Shown: positions 54,823-63,727, counted from the stretch's first letter. The stretch: 64,000 nucleotides of DNA from an uncultured bacterium (GCA_963934385.1 CAWVYO010000001.1:4765-68764); one strand, 5' to 3'. Made by a program: numbers and translations. Notes: a model not told the origin generated them from the letters alone.

Positions 54823-57293
54823 GTACGGCGACGGTTGACTAAACCAAGGGCTATTAGAAGTAATAAAGGAAGCCCTGAGTCGCTAGTCTGTGAGGAACAA
54901 CCACCACAGGTATCTTTATTGTCATCACCTGTGTCATCACCTGTGTCATCACCCGTGTCACCAGAGGTCGGTATTGGCAAGGGATCTCCGTCACCAAAAA
55001 CCTCAATAGCGTCTATGTGAAGACCTTCCCCAGATGTTTGAGTTACGACCAGTGTTATATCTTTCCAGCCGCCACTGTTTACTCCACCATTCGGTCCACT
55101 GTGGGGACCAGAGTATAGCTTAGTACCATCACCCGTAAGCTCCTCTACCTCCACTCCATCTATATAGACTGCGATCATGCCGTCGCCCTCTCCTACTCCT
55201 AAAATTGAGAAAGTGTCCCCTGAGAAGCTGAAATCAAGCGTATCCCCCTCCTGAAGTAAGTAGCCACCCATGAACCCTTGATCGTGATCCTCATATGTGT
55301 CGCATTCCTCGTGTTCGTCACCTCCAGAGGCGTGGCAATCTATGTGATACGTCCCCTGCTCAAACCGTGAATATCTGGGTAACTGAGCCCAAGACTCTCC
55401 TCGCGAGTTCGTCCAAAATGTTCCGCCTGTTGTGGATACAACGGCGATCCCCGTCTCTTGGAAGTTTGGGGCAGTGGAGATAGCGTATGGTGCAGGAGCC
55501 ATAGGCTCTCCAGATGGTTCCCAGTTGAGCCCACCATCGATTGATAAGAATACCTGTCCCGCTCTATTCACTACTAGGAGTGTTCCATCGTCAGCTTGAT
55601 CAAATAGGCGAGGTCGACCCGTAGGAGGAGTCTCGGGATTATTCCAGGTTGTGCCGTTGTCGTTAGAATAGATAATTCCCGATGTAGGGGAGGCGAACAG
55701 GAGGCGAGTGGTCTCACCATCCACCCACAAGGCTCCGCCCCCAGCAGTCTCTAGCGCTCCCTCATGAACCCACAGCCAGCTGTCTCCGTCGTCTGTGGAG
55801 ATCAACATGCCGGCAGGCATATCTACGACAACGGCGATCATGTCATCAGTTTCAAAGACATCTCTGGGGACAGCGCCATCCCAAGTGTCGTATAGTGACG
55901 GCACTTCCTCCCAAGAAGCTCCCTGATCAACAGTGAATGCGAGTTTGCCAACCAACCCTTGGGTGTCGTCCTCTCCAATAGCCCAAACGCGATGTCCTTG
56001 GGCTCTGTAGTTTCTGACTCTCTCCATTGGAATGTTGTCCACACTGGACCATGTGTATCCACCATCGAAGCTCTCGTGAGGCCAAGTGGATCCAGAGTAG
56101 TAGACATGGTCGTTGTCTCCAATGTTCGGATCAGCGAGCACATCGTAGGTGTACGGTCCGACTAAGCCCGTAGCAGACCCCTCCCAGCTCAGCCCTCCAT
56201 CGTCAGTCCAAAAAGCGCCTCCGCCATAGCCTCCTGTGAATATTCTGGAGTCAAATGGGAAATCAGGAGATATCGATATTGATCGTGAAAAGTCCCCCGG
56301 TAGAAGTTTTGTCTCGTGCCAACTGTTACCGCCGTCTACGGAAGAGGTGATACCGCTGAATGTTGCTATTGTACCCACATCTCCAGTCATACCTATGTAT
56401 ACGACCCCCTCTTGTGGATCTACTGCGTTACCTATTCCGCCAAAGGGTACCCAAACTCCCGTGTCCATGTAGCTCCAGCTTTCACAGGAGTCATCTGATA
56501 CAAAGAGCCCCTCTCTAGCATTTGCCGCGATTAACCTACCGTTTGGTAGAGCTACTATCTCTACAATGTGGGTGACGTAGTCGTTTCCTGTAGAGATAGG
56601 CATAGAGCCGCAAGCGATCCAAGAGTCTCCGTTGTCGTCAGACGCTGCAACCTGCTGATTCGTTCCCGCGAAGACTCTGCCGTTGTACTCGGTAACAGAG
56701 AGAACGTTGCGACCTCCTGAAAGAGGACTGAAGCGCTCAAACATTGAGCTTGGTCCCTCTGCTCGCCAGATAGCGCCCCCGGCATCCACGGCTAAAATAG
56801 TGCCTGTGCTGCCCCCATCAGTGTGTATTGAGACTAGATCGCTCGCCAACCCCATTCTGCTGAATGACGAGAGGTCTGAAATAGGAGCGTGATAAAGCCC
56901 TATACTGGAGGCGACATAGAGTTCGCCGTCAATGACCTCGAACTCACGCGCTATCCCACCAACATCAAGGGCGTTGTGGTCTAGCCACTCCCCCTCTTCG
57001 TTTTGCTGCCAAACAGAGCCGTCCTTTCCCAACAGCAGTAGCCCGAACAAGGTGTCTTCAGCGTCTACAAGAGAGTCATCAGTGGCTGGACTGTACTGGT
57101 AGTCCCAGTGCCGCCCAAAGTCCTCGGAGCGCATCAATTGAGAGACATCATGGGGGTCTATTATTGCCCAGGCCACGCCACTAATCTCAAAATCGATAGA
57201 GTTTGCATATGCCTTAGCTACCGCGTGGGGTCTGTGGGCTTGTGCTGGTGAGGACAAAAATAACAGACTAAGCGAAAATAAAAATGTAGACAT
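54819..57293 (-). CDS. BNR/Asp-box repeat (sortilin/sialidase-like beta-propeller) secreted protein with a C-terminal tripartite sorting signal
   Basis: At least 10 'SxDxGxxW' boxes (SDDNGDSW, SVDGGNSW, TDDGGLSW, SFDGGYTW, TVDQGASW, STDDGDSW, SNDNGTTW, SIDGGLNW...). Start moved to ATG 57293, which gives signal peptide MSTFLFSLSLLFLSSPAQA/H. The C-terminus reads '...DTCGGCSSQTSDSGLPLLLLIALGLVNRRRT'. Confidence 0.85.
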   Translation of the reverse strand: MSTFLFSLSLLFLSSPAQAHRPHAVAKAYANSIDFEISGVAWAIIDPHDVSQLMRSEDFGRHWDYQYSPATDDSLVDAEDTLFGLLLLGKDGSVWQQNEEGEWLDHNALDVGGIAREFEVIDGELYVASSIGLYHAPISDLSSFSRMGLASDLVSIHTDGGSTGTILAVDAGGAIWRAEGPSSMFERFSPLSGGRNVLSVTEYNGRVFAGTNQQVAASDDNGDSWIACGSMPISTGNDYVTHIVEIVALPNGRLIAANAREGLFVSDDSCESWSYMDTGVWVPFGGIGNAVDPQEGVVYIGMTGDVGTIATFSGITSSVDGGNSWHETKLLPGDFSRSISISPDFPFDSRIFTGGYGGGAFWTDDGGLSWEGSATGLVGPYTYDVLADPNIGDNDHVYYSGSTWPHESFDGGYTWSSVDNIPMERVRNYRAQGHRVWAIGEDDTQGLVGKLAFTVDQGASWEEVPSLYDTWDGAVPRDVFETDDMIAVVVDMPAGMLISTDDGDSWLWVHEGALETAGGGALWVDGETTRLLFASPTSGIIYSNDNGTTWNNPETPPTGRPRLFDQADDGTLLVVNRAGQVFLSIDGGLNWEPSGEPMAPAPYAISTAPNFQETGIAVVSTTGGTFWTNSRGESWAQLPRYSRFEQGTYHIDCHASGGDEHEECDTYEDHDQGFMGGYLLQEGDTLDFSFSGDTFSILGVGEGDGMIAVYIDGVEVEELTGDGTKLYSGPHSGPNGGVNSGGWKDITLVVTQTSGEGLHIDAIEVFGDGDPLPIPTSGDTGDDTGDDTGDDNKDTCGGCSSQTSDSGLPLLLLIALGLVNRRRT
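54921..54956 (-). repeat. In-frame 12-bp tandem repeat x3 (encodes TGDD x3) just upstream of the sorting signal
   Basis: The plus strand reads GTCATCACCTGT GTCATCACCTGT GTCATCACCCGT. Confidence 0.9.
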
Positions 57294-57425
57294 GAGCCCA
57301 CTGTTGCTTTTAAATTTGTGCAATGTCAAACGATCCGGATTTTTTTCTTTGAGCGACATTAAAATTGTGGAGATATTATGCCGATTATGATTAGTCAGTG
57401 GGCTTGAAACACTTGTGAGGACTTT

Positions 57426-59105
57426 ATGAGAGAATTTCGTTTAGCGCTTTTTGCACCTGTAATAGCTGTGACTCTATTTGGGTGTGGCGGAGGAAAGGAT
57501 GACACCTCTATCGTCGGTACTGGAATCGAAGATACGGGGGAGGTCGATCCTGGTGCTCCTGCTTTGCTTGAATCTGGCGAGGCTGTAGTATGCGCGGAAC
57601 CAGAGCTCAGGACCACCTTAGGCCCGTACTTTGAACTAGACGCAGGGGCGAATTGGGCTAGTCAGGTTGATCCCTCTACCCAGTACGGTCGAGGCGTAGC
57701 TGTCGCCGATTTCAGTGGGGACGGTGCTTACGACATATTTATACCAAATCTAGGTCGTGACCAGCTTTATATAGACCAAGGTGACGGCTCTTTCATTGAC
57801 GAGGCTGTAGACCGGTTTGACACTTTTAGTCAGATGGTCACTGAGCGGTCGCAGGCAGCGTATGCTGTGGATGTGGATGACGACGGTGATCTAGATCTGT
57901 TCGTGGCTAATCGTGGCAATATCAACCGAGTGCACCTCAACGACGGATCGGGTAATTTTACTAACGCCAATGTGGGAATGGCAGCCCAGGGCGCGGCTTC
58001 ATTGGCCGCTACATTTATGGACATCAACGGCGATGGACATCTCGATATGTTTGTCTCAGCACATTTTTTAGGTCCTTCGGAGGGATGGAGCTTGGAAGAT
58101 CCAGGTGATGCCACACCAGCCGAGCTGTACCTCTCAAATGGAGACGGCACATATAGAGATATCTCCCATAAGCTTCCAGAAGCAGCACTTCTTGGGTACA
58201 CCAACGCCGCTGGATTACTTGATATCGACCAAGACGGTCTTGTAGAGCTTTATGTAGCTAACGATTTTGGTGCCCTTACTCACCATAATCATCTCTACCG
58301 GATAACTCCGAGCGGTAACACGGTGGTCCTTACAGATATTTCTGAGGAGACTGGTACGGAGATGCAGATGTTTGGCATGGGGATAGCATACGCAGATCTC
58401 AATGGCGATACTCTACCGGAGCTTCTTCTCACATCTTGGGATGAGTTGATTTTGCTTGAGAGTACCCCTGGTGCTCCATACTACGACTCCGCTGCATCTC
58501 GGGGTATTACTCACGAGTACGGTCTACGGGACGTAGCGTGGGGTCCAGAATTTGGTGATCTAGACAACGATGGCGATGAAGACCTCTATGTGGTCTACGG
58601 CTATCTTGAAGGTGGCGAAGAGGATGGGTTGGCTAATCCGGTTGAGCAACCAGACGCGCTGTTCGTACAGGAAGAGGATGGAAGCTTTACGCAGGAGGCA
58701 GAGGCTTGGGGGCTCGATAATAAGGGAGTAGGACGCGGCTTTTCGTTTGTAGATCTCAATTTTGACGGGTTCTTGGACATCATAACAAGAGATCTAGAGG
58801 GTCCAACGGTTATTACTATGGCTCGATGTGACAGCTCTACTTGGCTCGAGTTGAGGCTTCACCAGCCAGCGCCCAACGTAGGGGCAATTGGGGCAAGAGT
58901 AGAGGCGTACGTTGACGGTCGAGTGATGACAAGGTGGGTAGTTTTAGGCGCTAACAACTTCTCTGGTAGCTCTATGACAGACCTTCATTTTGGGCTTGGC
59001 GGTGCAGAATATTTGGATCTTTTGGTTGTACATTGGCCCGATGGTGAAGTATCTAGGTTTGAAAAGGTAGATGGAAACCGTCTAATTTCAATAACAAAGG
59101 AGTAA
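57426..59105 (+). CDS. CRTAC1-family lipoprotein (FG-GAP repeats + ASPIC/UnbV domain)
   Basis: Lipobox 'TLFGC/G'. 'ADFSGDGAYDIFI', 'VDVDDDGDLDLFV', 'MDINGDGHLDMFV', 'GDLDNDGDEDLYV'. The C-terminal 'GAIGARVEAYVDGRVMTRWV...DLHFGLGGAEYLDLLVVHWPDG' is ASPIC/UnbV-like. Confidence 0.85.
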   Translation: MREFRLALFAPVIAVTLFGCGGGKDDTSIVGTGIEDTGEVDPGAPALLESGEAVVCAEPELRTTLGPYFELDAGANWASQVDPSTQYGRGVAVADFSGDGAYDIFIPNLGRDQLYIDQGDGSFIDEAVDRFDTFSQMVTERSQAAYAVDVDDDGDLDLFVANRGNINRVHLNDGSGNFTNANVGMAAQGAASLAATFMDINGDGHLDMFVSAHFLGPSEGWSLEDPGDATPAELYLSNGDGTYRDISHKLPEAALLGYTNAAGLLDIDQDGLVELYVANDFGALTHHNHLYRITPSGNTVVLTDISEETGTEMQMFGMGIAYADLNGDTLPELLLTSWDELILLESTPGAPYYDSAASRGITHEYGLRDVAWGPEFGDLDNDGDEDLYVVYGYLEGGEEDGLANPVEQPDALFVQEEDGSFTQEAEAWGLDNKGVGRGFSFVDLNFDGFLDIITRDLEGPTVITMARCDSSTWLELRLHQPAPNVGAIGARVEAYVDGRVMTRWVVLGANNFSGSSMTDLHFGLGGAEYLDLLVVHWPDGEVSRFEKVDGNRLISITKE

Positions 59106-59111
59106 GAGTTC

Positions 59112-60704
59112 ATGGTGTTTGATCGGTTTTTGGTTGTCGCGACCTTGGCTGTGCTGGTTAGTTGCGGTAAGGGAGTCGATGGTACTGGGGAAACTGGAGA
59201 GACCAGTACCACCACTGACACCACTGACACCACTGACACATCAACAGGGACAGAGACTGGTTCAACAGTGGTTACACCCCCAGCGGGCTTGGATTTGGTC
59301 TCAGTAGATGTCGATAAATTTGCAGAGTTGGGCTACGAGCTCGCAACATATGAGCTTGGTGAGGATTACGAGGTTCAGTACACAACCCTCACGGGTGCCA
59401 GACCGTTTTTCCATGTATTTAGACCAATTGGCGGTACAACCGATTCGCTGGACATCTTAATGTGGTTTCATGGGGGACATATAGGTAACGATGAGGTGGA
59501 GATACCGAACAATTGTTCTGATGAGACAATTAGGTACAACATCAACCTAATCTTGGGTACCGGATCTATGGTCACCGGGTTTGTATCGGAGCGTAATTGG
59601 GCTCTAGTAATCCCGAGCAATAATTGGTGTGATGGTGGGGTTGGTTTGGGTAGCGATGATCCAGTCGATCCTGAGAATCACTGGGGTTGGGTACATAGCA
59701 AGAACGTTTTAGATCTAGCTACCGGGGGATACCTTGGGTTTAATGCAGGAGGTGAGCTTTACTCATGGGGTACGTCTGCAGGGGCGACATCGTCTGCGAC
59801 GGCGGCATACCGTTACACTGGTTTTACAGGAATGATAGTAGATTCGGGCGGCTGTGATCAGTTTTTGATGCACGATCGCGACCCCGGCATCATGTCACAT
59901 ATATTTGGAGGCGATCCCTACCTGCCCGATGGTACGGAATCTCAATTTTTCTCAAATTATCAAGAGGCGTCATGCACATGGCAGGTGGCGAATGGTCTCC
60001 AGGCTCCAATATTTATTCCCTATAATCAGGAGGATCTAGCTGTCCCTATTGAGCAGCCTCAGGCACTGTTGGCAATTCTTGAAGAGCACTACCCAAGCGC
60101 TGGGATCAATTACGGTAGTCATGACTACAACCACCTCTCTCCAGGTGGAAATTATCACGTTCAGACTCGATCTAAAATCATCCCGTTTGGTTACTCAACA
60201 GGTCTAATGATGCAATTTCTTGAAGGAAATTCTATTTATTGGCGAGAGGCAGAGTGGGGTTGTTGGAGCCAGGACTGTAGCGTGGGAACCGTTCGTGTAG
60301 GAGGCGAAGATTGGCAGAATTACTCCAACGCAGGTGGAGTTGAGATTACTTCAGAAGAGGACTCTGGCACGGCTATGCACTCTCGCCTTGACCCAAACAT
60401 AGATAATGGTGACACTGTTGAGGCGGTTATTGTTTTGAAGGCATTAGAGCTGGCTGATGTAGACGATCTTACTGAAGTACTACGCATGACCTACACTGAT
60501 AACAGTGGAACTAGTGAGCGAGTTTTTACCGCGGGTGATTTCGCGCCAGAGAGCCAAGCTACTGATCAAGAGTTCTTGGATCAGTATCTAGACAGCCGCC
60601 TAACATTTGTCCCAGAAGATGTTGATTCGGGGTATGTCTCGTTAGATTACCTTGGAGCAGGAGCGTTTAGGCTAGACGCCATCGTTTTTGTAGTCTCCAA
60701 ATAG
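59112..60704 (+). CDS. Putative alpha/beta-hydrolase lipoprotein with a C-terminal beta-sandwich-like domain
   Basis: Lipobox 'VLVSC/G'. 'ILMWFHGGHIG' (HGG oxyanion-hole-like) and 'YSWGTSAGATSS' (GxSxG nucleophile elbow). Family not otherwise recognised. Confidence 0.5.
   Translation: MVFDRFLVVATLAVLVSCGKGVDGTGETGETSTTTDTTDTTDTSTGTETGSTVVTPPAGLDLVSVDVDKFAELGYELATYELGEDYEVQYTTLTGARPFFHVFRPIGGTTDSLDILMWFHGGHIGNDEVEIPNNCSDETIRYNINLILGTGSMVTGFVSERNWALVIPSNNWCDGGVGLGSDDPVDPENHWGWVHSKNVLDLATGGYLGFNAGGELYSWGTSAGATSSATAAYRYTGFTGMIVDSGGCDQFLMHDRDPGIMSHIFGGDPYLPDGTESQFFSNYQEASCTWQVANGLQAPIFIPYNQEDLAVPIEQPQALLAILEEHYPSAGINYGSHDYNHLSPGGNYHVQTRSKIIPFGYSTGLMMQFLEGNSIYWREAEWGCWSQDCSVGTVRVGGEDWQNYSNAGGVEITSEEDSGTAMHSRLDPNIDNGDTVEAVIVLKALELADVDDLTEVLRMTYTDNSGTSERVFTAGDFAPESQATDQEFLDQYLDSRLTFVPEDVDSGYVSLDYLGAGAFRLDAIVFVVSK
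59211..59237 (+). repeat. In-frame 9-bp tandem repeat ACCACTGAC x3 (encodes TTD x3)
   Basis: Read directly; lies in the linker after the lipobox. Confidence 0.9.
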
Positions 60705-60721
60705 TACTCAGCCTTATGACG

Positions 60722-60737
60722 TGTTCCACGTGGAACA
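60722..60737. promoter_or_regulatory. parS-like perfect palindrome TGTTCCACGTGGAACA (intergenic, 160 bp upstream of parA)
   Basis: Read directly; identical 16-mer to 54752-54767. Confidence 0.78.
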
Positions 60738-60897
60738 GTAAAGAATAAACACCGTAGGGCAAAATAATCCCACCAAAGGTCTTGCCACGTCAAGACTAAA
60801 TGTGTAGAGTACATTATTCCTTCGCGGGCGACAGGTCTTCACGTCTCCCCATTTTGGTTCAACGAGCCGCTCACATACATTTATTCAAAGAGATCTA

Positions 60898-61755
60898 ATG
60901 ACCGTAATTTCATCTAACGGATTTTCCCGTATAGTCTCAATCGCCAACCAAAAAGGGGGGGTTGGGAAAACGACAACATCTGTGAACCTCGCCGCTAGCC
61001 TGGCTCACTTAGGGCAAAAGACACTGCTTATTGATCTAGATCCACAGGGCAACGCATCTTCTGGCTTGGGTTTACCTAAAGAGGATAACGAACAAGGAGT
61101 ATATGATGTACTTATGGGGGACGTTTCGACAGCGGAAGAGATCCACTCTATAATTAAGGAGACCAACTCTGAGAACCTATATGTCCTCCCAGCAACAAGA
61201 GATCTGCTGGGAGTAGAGGTAGAGCTGACTAACAGTACTAATCGAGAGACTCGTCTCAAGTCAGCGCTAAAAAAGATCGTTTCAGAATATCAATGGGTGA
61301 TTCTAGATTGCCCCCCGTCTCTCGGGTTTCTGACAATTAACGCTTTAACAGCATCAGATGGACTCCTGGTACCAGTGCAGTCTGAATATTACGCACTAGA
61401 AGGGTTGGGAGAGCTTCTAAGGACCCTCTCTGTTGTAAGAAAAGGGCTAAACCCACAGTTAAAACGCGATGGGATTCTGCTTACAATGCACGATGGGCGG
61501 AACAACCTTTGTGGTCACGTTGAGGATCAGGTGCGAGAGGTCTTTGGTTCAGAGGTGTTTGACACCGTCATTCCTCGCAATGTGCGACTAGGCGAAGCTC
61601 CATCGTATGGGTGTTCAGTGTTGGAGTACGATCCGTTCTGTGCGGGTGCTGTTGCTTACTTGGATGTGACCAAAGAGCTACTAGCGAACCACTCAATATC
61701 TATAATCAATGACTCGATTGAGTCTCAACCAGCTATTAGCCTGGAGGTCATGTGA
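60898..61755 (+). CDS. parA: Chromosome partitioning ATPase ParA (Soj)
   Basis: Deviant Walker A 'IANQKGGVGKTTTSVNLA', 'LLIDLDPQGNAS', 'VILDCPPSLG'. Confidence 0.95.
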   Translation: MTVISSNGFSRIVSIANQKGGVGKTTTSVNLAASLAHLGQKTLLIDLDPQGNASSGLGLPKEDNEQGVYDVLMGDVSTAEEIHSIIKETNSENLYVLPATRDLLGVEVELTNSTNRETRLKSALKKIVSEYQWVILDCPPSLGFLTINALTASDGLLVPVQSEYYALEGLGELLRTLSVVRKGLNPQLKRDGILLTMHDGRNNLCGHVEDQVREVFGSEVFDTVIPRNVRLGEAPSYGCSVLEYDPFCAGAVAYLDVTKELLANHSISIINDSIESQPAISLEVM

Positions 61756-62672
61756 ACGTAGTGTCTACAAAATTCAACGATAAAGGTAAAGGGCGTATGG
61801 GAAACATGAGGGGTTTAGGTCGCGGTTTAGCCGCGCTAATACCCGACGATCTAGTGTCAGATACACCAGTATATGATGGTGATCGTATTGTAGAGGCCTC
61901 CCTCGCTGAAATAATACCCAACCCAGAGCAACCAAGGGTGTCATTCTGCGAAGAGACCCTACGCGAGCTGTCACAGTCTATAGATGAACACGGTGTATTA
62001 CAGCCCCTTATCGTCCGTAGAGGAGAGAACGGCGGCTACATTCTTATCGCCGGTGAGCGCCGTTTTAGAGCTGCTGGTTTGGCGGGATTAAAAAAGGTTC
62101 CAGTTGTCGTTCGAGACAACATGGACAGCGCTATTCAGCTCGAATTAGCTCTTGTTGAGAATCTCCAACGTGAAGACCTCAACCCAATCGATGGTGCAAA
62201 GGGCTACCTTAGACTGGCGGAGAAGTATGGATATACACAAGAGCAGATTTCAGCCAAGGTTGGCAAAGACCGAGCGACTGTAGCCAACGCAATGCGCTTG
62301 CTAAAACTCCCCGAAGAAGTTTTGGGTCTTATTTCTAGTAGTCGCCTGTCAGCCGGACATGGAAAGGCTTTACTCGGTGTTTCTAAGAAATCAGATCTGC
62401 GAAGACTGGTGGCACAGGTATTAACTGGAGGGCTCTCTGTTAGAGCTACAGAACGTCTAGTAAAGAGCCTAAGTCCCTCTTTTAGAAGAGCGACTTCTGA
62501 GCGTGAGCCCGACAAAGTTCTAGCGTACGCCTCAGACATGTTGACCCGATCACTATCCACACAGGTAAAGATCAGCGGTCGCGCAAAGGGTGGTGGGAAA
62601 ATAGTGATTGATTATCACAGCAATGAAGACCTAGAGCGTCTGTTAGAACACCTCAGGCAGAGCGGTGAGTAA
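61752..62672 (+). CDS. parB: Chromosome partitioning protein ParB (Spo0J)
   Basis: 'GLGRGLAALIP', 'IIPNPEQPR', 'LQPLIVRR', 'ILIAGERRFRAA', HTH 'TQEQISAKVGKDRATVANAMRLLKL'. GTG 61752 overlaps the parA TGA; ATG 61797 is an alternative start. Confidence 0.93.
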   Translation: MNVVSTKFNDKGKGRMGNMRGLGRGLAALIPDDLVSDTPVYDGDRIVEASLAEIIPNPEQPRVSFCEETLRELSQSIDEHGVLQPLIVRRGENGGYILIAGERRFRAAGLAGLKKVPVVVRDNMDSAIQLELALVENLQREDLNPIDGAKGYLRLAEKYGYTQEQISAKVGKDRATVANAMRLLKLPEEVLGLISSSRLSAGHGKALLGVSKKSDLRRLVAQVLTGGLSVRATERLVKSLSPSFRRATSEREPDKVLAYASDMLTRSLSTQVKISGRAKGGGKIVIDYHSNEDLERLLEHLRQSGE

Positions 62673-62997
62673 TCTGGGTCGCCCCTTGAATGCGCTGTTG
62701 GGACGAGGCGCTACATATGAAGGAGATCTATCCTTTGAGGGAAGGGTTCGAGTGGATGGAGTCTTTAGGGGACGAATTTACACGGATGAGCTTTTGGAGG
62801 TCGGTGAATCGGGTCGCATTGAAGGTGAAATTGATGCCGAAGAATTGATCGTTGCAGGCGTCGTTGACGGTAAAGTTCGCGTTCGAGGTATTCTCACCGT
62901 AGAGTCAACAGGCGCCCTCTTGGGAGAGATTGATGCTACCTCAATGGTCACAAGAGACGGGGCTAAAATTAAGGCCACCTGCCTTGTAGGCAGTTGA
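62665..62997 (+). CDS. Bactofilin (DUF583 beta-helical cytoskeletal protein)
   Basis: 'GDLSFEGRVRVDGVFRGRIYTDELLEVGESGRIEGEIDAEELIVAGVVDGKVRVRGILTVESTGALLGEIDATSMVTRDGAKI' is the repetitive bactofilin core. The GTG start overlaps the parB 3' end by 8 nt. Confidence 0.85.
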   Translation: MSNLGRPLNALLGRGATYEGDLSFEGRVRVDGVFRGRIYTDELLEVGESGRIEGEIDAEELIVAGVVDGKVRVRGILTVESTGALLGEIDATSMVTRDGAKIKATCLVGS

Positions 62998-63112
62998 TTC
63001 GTCGAAGTAATAGCTTGAACCGTGATAATTGCCTTGAAAGAGGCTTCAGTTAATCTTAGTTTCGAATATATGAAGGTTCAAATACTCGAACAGTCATGAC
63101 ACGGAGGAAATT

Positions 63113-63727
63113 TTGAGATTTTTACTGTTCTTTTTTATGATCTCTTGTGGAAATGTTGATTCTAATGTTGAAGAGGTATCGGAAGTCCAAAATTCCTATC
63201 CAGTAGTAACTACGTCCCCAGAACAAGCACCTCAGCCGTCGCCACTTATGCGACAGGCTGTCATGTGTTGTGGAGATTTGAGGTTTGAGCGTGTAGTCGG
63301 TAGTTTTTTAGCGCTGACAGAGAGCTTGAGTACAAATAATATGGATTTGGTTTCCTCGTCACATTTGGAGTTTATTGAAATAGTGACCGGTCAGGAGCAC
63401 CGGGTCGAGTCACTAGAAACGCTGCTGCAAAGCTCAATAGCTCTGGATCGTTCCTCTTTGGAAAACTACAGGGCTGGGTTTGGACCTATTTCTGATGATT
63501 TAATTAATTTGGTACGAGACTCTTCATCGGCATCTGGTGAATACGATATAGCTGTTGGCTATTCTAGACATGCTGATCATCACTGGATTCAGGTCGGTGT
63601 GGAGCCTAAAAGTCCATACGGAGACGGCATTGACTCATATTCTTGGGGAACTAGAGAAGATGTACTAACAGCTGATGCCGCCCGTGAAATTGAGATGGGT
63701 AACAATCAGCTTGGTGGGCAAAATTAG
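63113..63727 (+). CDS. Hypothetical lipoprotein
   Basis: TTG start 6 nt after GGAGG. Leader MRFLLFFFMISC/G is lipobox-like. No family recognised. Confidence 0.5.
   Translation: MRFLLFFFMISCGNVDSNVEEVSEVQNSYPVVTTSPEQAPQPSPLMRQAVMCCGDLRFERVVGSFLALTESLSTNNMDLVSSSHLEFIEIVTGQEHRVESLETLLQSSIALDRSSLENYRAGFGPISDDLINLVRDSSSASGEYDIAVGYSRHADHHWIQVGVEPKSPYGDGIDSYSWGTREDVLTADAAREIEMGNNQLGGQN

Noticed and set aside
54823-60897. Calling the 6-kb rsmG-parA insertion a mobile element or genomic island
   Set aside because: No integrase, transposase, tRNA attachment site or terminal inverted repeats are visible. The only flanking repeat is the parS palindrome, which has its own function. It is described only as an insertion relative to the conserved gene order.
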